Below are positions 54,809-64,000 of a DNA stretch of 64,000 bases, piece by piece; position 1 is the stretch's first letter; each line of letters opens with the position of its first letter. The DNA comes from Octopus vulgaris (taxonomy: Eukaryota): positions 164,300,001 through 164,364,000 of the forward strand of contig OX597815.1 in NCBI GenBank assembly GCA_951406725.2, read 5' to 3'. Made by a program: the position numbers and the translations under genes. The notes under the pieces are model-generated. The model had not been told where the DNA came from, did no database searches, and was given only the letters and a program-made list of their open reading frames with translations.

Positions 54809-55571
54809 GCTATCTGCTCATTTAAAACTCATTTCAACATAGTTTTATTGGGGAATATAATTTGATTACCAATAATGTTTTCTCACTACACACACACACA
54901 CATGCATGCATACATCTTTTATCTTTTACTTGTTTCAGTTATTATACTGAGGCTATACTGGGGCACCGATATATACATGTAATATATGTATGTATGCATG
55001 TATGTATTATGTAAGTATACATGTACCTATGTACGAACGTATGTATAAAGGCATGTTTGTATGCATGTATATATATATTCATATATACTTTTTTATATCT
55101 CTTTATATCTTTATACTTTATATTTTTATATTTCTATACTTATATTCTTTTATCTTTCACATTTTTATATTTTTTTATCCTTCGTCCTGAATTCTCACCC
55201 CTCCATCTTTATCCCTGTTTACTCTTATTACCAGGTTCCTTCACGTCTGTCTGTATTTATATATGTATATATTTATTTATTCATTTATTTATATTACCTC
55301 AACATCCAAACTTCCTCATTCCACATTGAGAGAAGGACGAGATGGACGCTTCATTTTTATGCTGTTGCCGCATTATGTCGTACGCGAATGAGAGGATTTG
55401 CATCCCCAACGTAGAATTTTTGATGTAATACATGTCCTTGGGGTAGTAATTGTGCGCGGCTGAAGAAGGCCATAGACACACATTATGCATTGTTATAAAT
55501 CCGTCTAATAAAGACCCGAAACATATGTACCGCTGAATCCTTAGCATCATGTTTTTATTTTGATATGTGTA

Positions 55572-55890
<319 letters not shown>

Positions 55891-56454
55891 GACTACATCC
55901 TGATGAGTAAAAATGACCTTCACCATGTGTCTAAATAGAACAGTCATACAAACAAAATGATTTTATTATGATTATTTAATGGATATTTCCTGTCTTTGTC
56001 ATTTTTTTTCCTTTGGAGTAGGGGGAGTGTCCCCCACTCACCCACCCAAAAGAAATGTCAAAAACTGAAGGCATATTCTGAAGAATCAGTGAACGTTTCG
56101 TTGTTTTTTTCTTCCGAAAGTCTCTATCTGAAATGTTTGCGTTTTTCCAAAGTGTTTGATTACGTTTCGCTTCATTGCAATAAACGTTTTCCTTGTAACA
56201 TCAGCAAATCTCATTGGTTAGAAGAAATAATAAGATTGATTAGAAAAAAAAAACGAACAAAGCAGCCGACAGCAAGAATAGATGGTGGGGTGGGGTGGGG
56301 TGGGGAGGAAAAAAGTTAACCCCCCAAAAATACGTAAGACAAAACAAAAATGAAACATGAAAAAGAAATGTGAAAGTGAATAATTTGAGAGCGAACGGCG
56401 ACAATAGCAAAAAGCAATATAAGTTTCCTATAATTTTTCATCCTCATCAACAAC

Positions 56455-56534
56455 TTCATCATCATCATCATTTTCTTCTTCTTCTTCTTCTTCTTCTTCT
56501 TCTTCTTCTTCTTCTTCTTCTTCTTCTTCTTCTT

Positions 56535-56584
<50 letters not shown>

Positions 56585-56651
56585 TCTTCTTCTACTACTA
56601 CTACTACTACTTCTTCTTCTACTACTACTACTACTTCTTCTTCTTCTTCTT

Positions 56652-56685
<34 letters not shown>

Positions 56686-56690
56686 TTCTG
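56455..56690. repeat. (CTT)n/(CTA)n microsatellite
   Basis: Directly visible. Confidence 0.95.
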
Positions 56691-56981
56691 CACCTACTCC
56701 TCTTTCTTTGCAACATTGTCATGTGAGCTTTTACTGTTTATCCAGGTGTTACAGAACTGTGCAGGAGGAGGGGGGAGATATACGATGGTGACTGTCGTGT
56801 ATTTTCTTTCTTTTTTGTGTGTGTGAGTTTTATGTAATTCCTATCGTTGTTTTACTATTTTGTCTGTGTTGCGTTGAATAATATATGCGTTGTGAGCTGT
56901 GCCGTTTCTTTGAATGTTGGTTGTGCTTGATCTGTAATGTCTAGTTGGTGTTAAGGTATTTTAGTAAAATGCCGAGTTAAT

Positions 56982-57753
56982 GCAGCATAGGTTGCGTTAT
57001 ATCATTGGGTTGTAACTGTTTCGATTATAAGTGACGTAAGTCGATGATGTTAGAATGGCATGTGTTGGTTGTGAGAGAATATGTATGTGTGTATAGTCTT
57101 TCTTTAAGTTTTAGGTCCTTCTTCAGTGATTTCAAGCAGCATAGGTTGTGTTATATCATTGGGTTGTAACTGTTTCGATTATAAGTGATGTACGTCGATG
57201 ATATTAGAATGACTTGTGTTGGTTGTGAGAGAATATGTATGTGTGTATAGTCTTTCTTTAAGTTTTAGGTCCTTCTTCAGTGATTTCAAGCAGCATAGGT
57301 TGTGTTATATCATTGGGTTGTAACTGTTTCGATTATAAGTGATGTACGTCGATGATATTAGAATGACTTGTGTTGGTTGTGAGAGAATATGTATGTGTGT
57401 ATAGTCTTTCTTTAAGTTTTAGGTCCTTTTTCAGTGATTTCAAGCAGCATAGGTTGTGTTATATCATTGGGTTGTAACTGTTTCGATTATAAGTGACGTA
57501 CGTCGATGATATTAGAATGGCATGTGTTGGTTGTGAGAGAATATGTATGTATGTATAGTCTTTCTTTAAGTTTTAGGTCCTTCTTCAGTGATTTCAAGCA
57601 GCATAGGTTGTGTTATATCATTGGGTTGTAACTGTTTCGATTATAAGTAACGTAAGTCGATGAGATTAGAATGGCATGTGTTGGTTGTGAGAGAATATGT
57701 ATGTATGTATAGTCTTTCTTTAAGTTTTCGGTCCTTCTTCGGTGATTTCAAGC
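56982..57753 (-). repeat. Tandem array, 5 x 154 bp
   Basis: Units start at 56982, 57136, 57290, 57444 and 57598 (GCAGCATAGGTTG...GTGATTTCAA), with few substitutions between units. Confidence 0.97.
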
Positions 57754-58100
57754 CGTTCGCTAACAAAGCGGAAAGACTTCTTGAGTTAAAAGTGTTCTCG
57801 GTGTCTGTAAATATGTGGTCGAGTTGGTGTGCTGTTTGAGCTGTTGATGCGTACATCCAAGTGTGTGTATCAATCCACCTAAGGAATCTCGGATTGAGAA
57901 TCTTTGGAATGTCTTACTAATCTTCACTGCGCCACAAATAGATTGATTTTGGAGAATCCGCGTCAGTTTCTATTGCACTTTCTTCGAAAAGCCTTGTATT
58001 TCTAGGTTTTCGTGTAAATTTGTTGGTACATAATCCAATGTACCTATGATGATGTGTACAAATTAGAATTTATAGTCAAGGTACAAGAGCTATATGTTCC
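57754..58100 (-). mobile_element. Possible degenerate PLE GIY-YIG endonuclease C-terminus
   Basis: One minus frame reads RYIGLCTNKFTRK...SIYLW...HIFTDTENTFNSRS...LLAN with two stops, running into the tandem array. Confidence 0.45.
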
Positions 58101-58229
58101 GCATTAATTCACCATATTTTCGTTTTCCTGGATTTTTAATTGTATGTATGTATGTATGTATGTATGTATGTATGTATGTATGTATGTATGTATGTATGTA
58201 TGTATGTATGTATGTATGCATATGCACAC

Positions 58230-58412
58230 ATACATATATACATATATACGACGGGCTTCTTTCAGTTTCCGTCTACCAAATCCACTCACAAGGCTTTGGT
58301 CGGTCCGAGGCTATAGTAGAAGACACTTACCCAAGGTGCCATGCAGTGGGACTGAACCCTGAACCATGTGGTTGGTTAGCAAGCTACTTACCATACAGCC
58401 AATCCTGCGCCT
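58230..58412 (-). mobile_element. SINE family A 5' half
   Basis: Reverse complement of the head through the internal microsatellite. Confidence 0.88.
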
Positions 58413-58426
58413 ATAAAATGTGTGAC

Positions 58427-58522
58427 GCTTACAGCACCTAGGTTTCCCCAACTAGGCTCGACGTTGCTTAACCTCGGTGATCGAACGGGAACCGGTGCTC
58501 TCAACGTGATATGGCCGTAAGC
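58427..58522 (-). pseudogene. 5S rRNA pseudogene with internal deletion
   Basis: Minus strand GCTTACGGCCATATCACGTTGAGAGCACCGGTTCCCGTTCGATCACCGAGGTTAAGCAACG...GGTGCTGTAAGC; 96 nt instead of ~120, lacking the AGTACTTGGATGGG (box C) segment. Confidence 0.92.
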
Positions 58523-59463
58523 ATTGAAGTTATTTGTAAAAAATATATAATAATCTTTTCTTTATTGCTTTTATTTTCTTACTGATTACTTCATTATTAC
58601 TGTTTTTACTGGTCCTCACCTTAGTGCTTCCAACTCTAAATAATAATTTCGAAATTCCTAGAATAATACTAGTTACATCTGTAAATGTGCGGTTAGACGA
58701 AACCTAGACATTATACTAAATCTAAATAACGATGACAGCTTTGATAGCGGCTGCAACGTAATGGACTACTTATGCTCCTGTTCTTTCTGATATACAAATT
58801 GATTGCACATGTTGACAACCGTTTCAAACATGTTAACAAAGTCAGTATTATACTAATGTTAACATTATCAAATTAGAAATCTCGGTAATAATACTTGTTC
58901 TATGTTTGATCTTCGTCTGTAATTAATAACGTTTTGCAAAGCTAAAACACCAAATCCACTCATCTATTGAAAACAGAAGCGCAAGATCACGCTTCATTCC
59001 ACTGACAGAAAATTTACATCTAAAGCCATGATAAATCTATTCATTTCCTGCGAGTTCTCATAAAAGGCATTCTTCCTTGAATAAGTTAAAACTCCATTGA
59101 GTATATATTTTACAATTAAGCGAATGTAAAGGGTCAATCGCTTCATAGTGTGCGTTTCGGGTATGAGCAAGTACTAATCCTTTACAGTTACTGATATTCT
59201 CAAATAATTTGCATTATTCGCTTGGTTGATACAGTTAGCATCTCGTTCGCGAAGTTTTCATATTCTAGCAGTAAAATGAAACAAGACTACGTGGCTGTTA
59301 TGGGTGTTTAGTTAAGAACTTCGCCTCATAAATAAGTAGTTCTATAATCATTTCTACAGGCCAAAATATTCGTATGTATGTATGTATGTATGTATGTATG
59401 TATGTATGTATGTATGTATGTATGTATGTATGTATGTATTATGCATGTATACGCACACGCATA

Positions 59464-59633
59464 GGCGCAGGAGTGGCTGTGTGGTAAGTAGCTTGCTTAC
59501 CAACCACATGGTTCCGAGTTCAGTCCCACTGCGTGGCACTTTGGTCAAGTGTCTTCTACTATAGCCGCGGGCAGACTAAATCCTTGTGAGTGGTTTTGGT
59601 AGACAGAAACTGCAAGAAGCCTGTCGTATATAC

Positions 59634-59675
<42 letters not shown>

Positions 59676-59892
59676 TTGTGTGTGTGTGTGTTTGTGTGTC
59701 TTTGTTTGTCTCCCCAACATTGCTTGACAACCGATGCTGGTGTGTTTACGTCCCCGTAACTTAGCGGTTCGGCAATGGAGACCGATAGAATAAGTACTAG
59801 GCTTACAAAGTATAAGTCCTGGGGTCGATTTGCTCGACTAAAGGCGGTGCTCTAGCATGGCCACAGTCAAATGACTAAAACAAGTAAAAGAG
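59464..59892 (+). mobile_element. SINE family A full copy
   Basis: Complete head, microsatellite and tail. Confidence 0.92.
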
Positions 59893-60254
59893 TTATTTGA
59901 TAACGTAATTTTAGATTGCCCCCAAAAGGGATACACTTTCTCATTTAAGAGTTACATTGGGGTTAGACAAGAACAACAACTTTTCATCAGACAAGACAGC
60001 GAATGAGAACAATGCCACTTGGACCATATCTTACTCCATAACAAAAAAAATAATAACAATAACGAAGATTTGACTGATCGACTCCATATTACAGTAGCAT
60101 TATTAAATATAAGATCATGTGGTTAGAGCAAGGACATCTTTGACCACAGGTGTGTATGAGCAGAGCCGTTATCCGAGCCAAACAACAACTTTCACTGCAA
60201 CAACAAAATACAACTGCAACTGTAACAGCAACAATAGCAGCAAGTGAAGCAGCA

Positions 60255-62365
<2,111 letters not shown>

Positions 62366-62765
62366 TGATGATAATGGTGGTGGTGGTGGTGGTGGTGGTG
62401 GCATCGTCATTGTTCTTTTGCGCTATTTCTATTGTTGAACAGGCATTCAAACCGTGGTCATGACCTTTTTATTTTTTTTTTCCGCAAAGCTGTTTATATA
62501 ATTCACCTGTTGCGATGTTATTTCCCTCACCTTCATGATACAGCAGTGATTGATCTGAGGAGCAGCGACCTTTTTATTACTATTTACTAGACAAACAGTT
62601 GCATACTGATCTGGCTTCTCTTCGTTTTCTTGTCTGCTTCTCTAGTTCAATGTTTCATGTGAAGACCTAGTATTGCAAGTTAACATAAAAACGCTATACT
62701 GTCTCCGCTGCATTCAGCACTGAACTGCAGTAATTATAGGAAGATACTATCGTAAGTCAACACAA

Positions 62766-62807
<42 letters not shown>

Positions 62808-62894
62808 TGACTCTGTCACTTTTAATACTAGACTGCATCAATTCTACATTGTTGTTTATAGCCAGATGGACGGAAATGGCATGTGCTAAATATC

Positions 62895-63128
62895 TATTTC
62901 TTTACTACCCACAAGGGGCTAAACACAGAGGGGACAAACAAGGACAGACAAACGGATTAAGTCGATTACATCGGCCCCAGTGCGTAACTGGTACTTAATT
63001 TATCGACCCCGAAAGGATGAACGGCAAAGTCGACCTCGGCGGAATTTGAACTCGGAACTTAACGACAGACGAAATACGGCTACGCATTTCGCCCAGCGTG
63101 CTAAAGTTTCTGCCAGCTCGCCGCCTTA
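62895..63128 (-). mobile_element. SINE family B full copy
   Basis: Reverse complement of family B; flanks GCATGTGCTAAATATCT and GCATGCGCGAAATATCT are TSD-like. Confidence 0.9.
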
Positions 63129-63944
63129 GCATGCGCGAAATATCTTTAGTTATGTGTTATGCCTTCAGCTGGGCTCTATGCCATCCCTGCTTAACTATTA
63201 AATATTGAACTTTCTAACGGGTTCCATAACCAACCAGATACGGTTCTCTTGGAATTTACTTAAGATATGAGGGCAAACGGAAGTTAGCCTTAATTTGAGA
63301 GAGATCAATCTAATTATTCAAAAGTAAGTTAATATTTCATTACCAATGTTTATTTTCGCTTTGAAAACATAAATAAGACTGTATACGACGTTTTCTAACG
63401 GAATTGTTGTTGACACTGTCGGAAGTAATAACTCGAAAATAACGTAACAAAATTATTTCGGCAGGAAGACGAAGCTATACTAAGATAGATAACACTTGTT
63501 TCATCTTTTGAAAATTACGCAATGTTTATCCTCTTTTGTAAGTAGTTTTCTATTTCTGCTTCTGCCATTTTCTTTTCATCTTTTTTTTCAAAAGTCATTT
63601 TCTGTCCTATTATCTTCCATCTTCCTTTCTCTTTCTTTTTTGAACATAAATTATTTTTATATCTTTGAAGGAGTTTTTTGATGTTAGTTTTTTTTCTTTC
63701 TCGACGCTTCCTCTTTTAGTGTTATTGTGTCTAATTTTGACAAGTAGATATTCTATGATCGATACTGGAATATATTATTTCTCTTTTCTTTTCTTTCTTT
63801 CTTTCTTTTTTTTTTTCATTACACCAGAAAAGGCGTGTTCAGAAGCTGACGTCACTAAAATAAGTTTATATTTCTGAAGCTAAAATTGTCTTAGAGACCG
63901 TCCACTTTCTGTCAATGCCAGTAACCTTTGCTAACAATATTTCA

Positions 63945-64000
63945 GGCGCGGGAGTGGTTACGTGGTAAGTAGCTTGCTTAACAGCCACATGGTTCTGGGT
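63945..64000 (+). mobile_element. SINE family A head, cut by the window end
   Basis: GGCGCGGGAGTGGTTACGTGGTAAGTAGCTTGCTTA... Confidence 0.8.

Noticed and set aside
56982-57753. Regularly spaced repeats as a CRISPR array
   Set aside because: Whole 154-bp units repeat with no unique spacers; the context is eukaryotic and there are no cas genes.

Overview
AT-rich, microsatellite-saturated eukaryotic DNA made almost entirely of transposable elements and their relics. The SINE families, microsatellite load and 5S sequence suggest an octopod cephalopod (Octopus-like); this is inference. No host protein-coding gene is convincingly visible, and nearly all listed ORFs are microsatellite or antisense artefacts. 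Main contents: (1) a full-length but inactivated L1/Tx1-clade LINE (18864-24312, minus) inserted with a 12-bp TSD into a tRNA-derived SINE head; (2) a young non-coding LTR element (11955-14720) with PBS, PPT and 4-bp TSD; (3) two abundant SINE families; (4) decayed R4/Dong, RTE, Tc1/mariner and Penelope-like (PLE) fragments; (5) a 5S rRNA pseudogene; (6) a 5x154-bp tandem array; (7) several foldback inverted repeats. The most interesting signals are several minimal type-I hammerhead ribozyme motifs, including a tRNA-headed, hammerhead-bearing non-autonomous element with PLE-style inverted integration, and a 3' tail shared between one SINE family and the Tx1 LINE, which suggests a SINE-LINE partnership. 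Boundaries of decayed elements are approximate.
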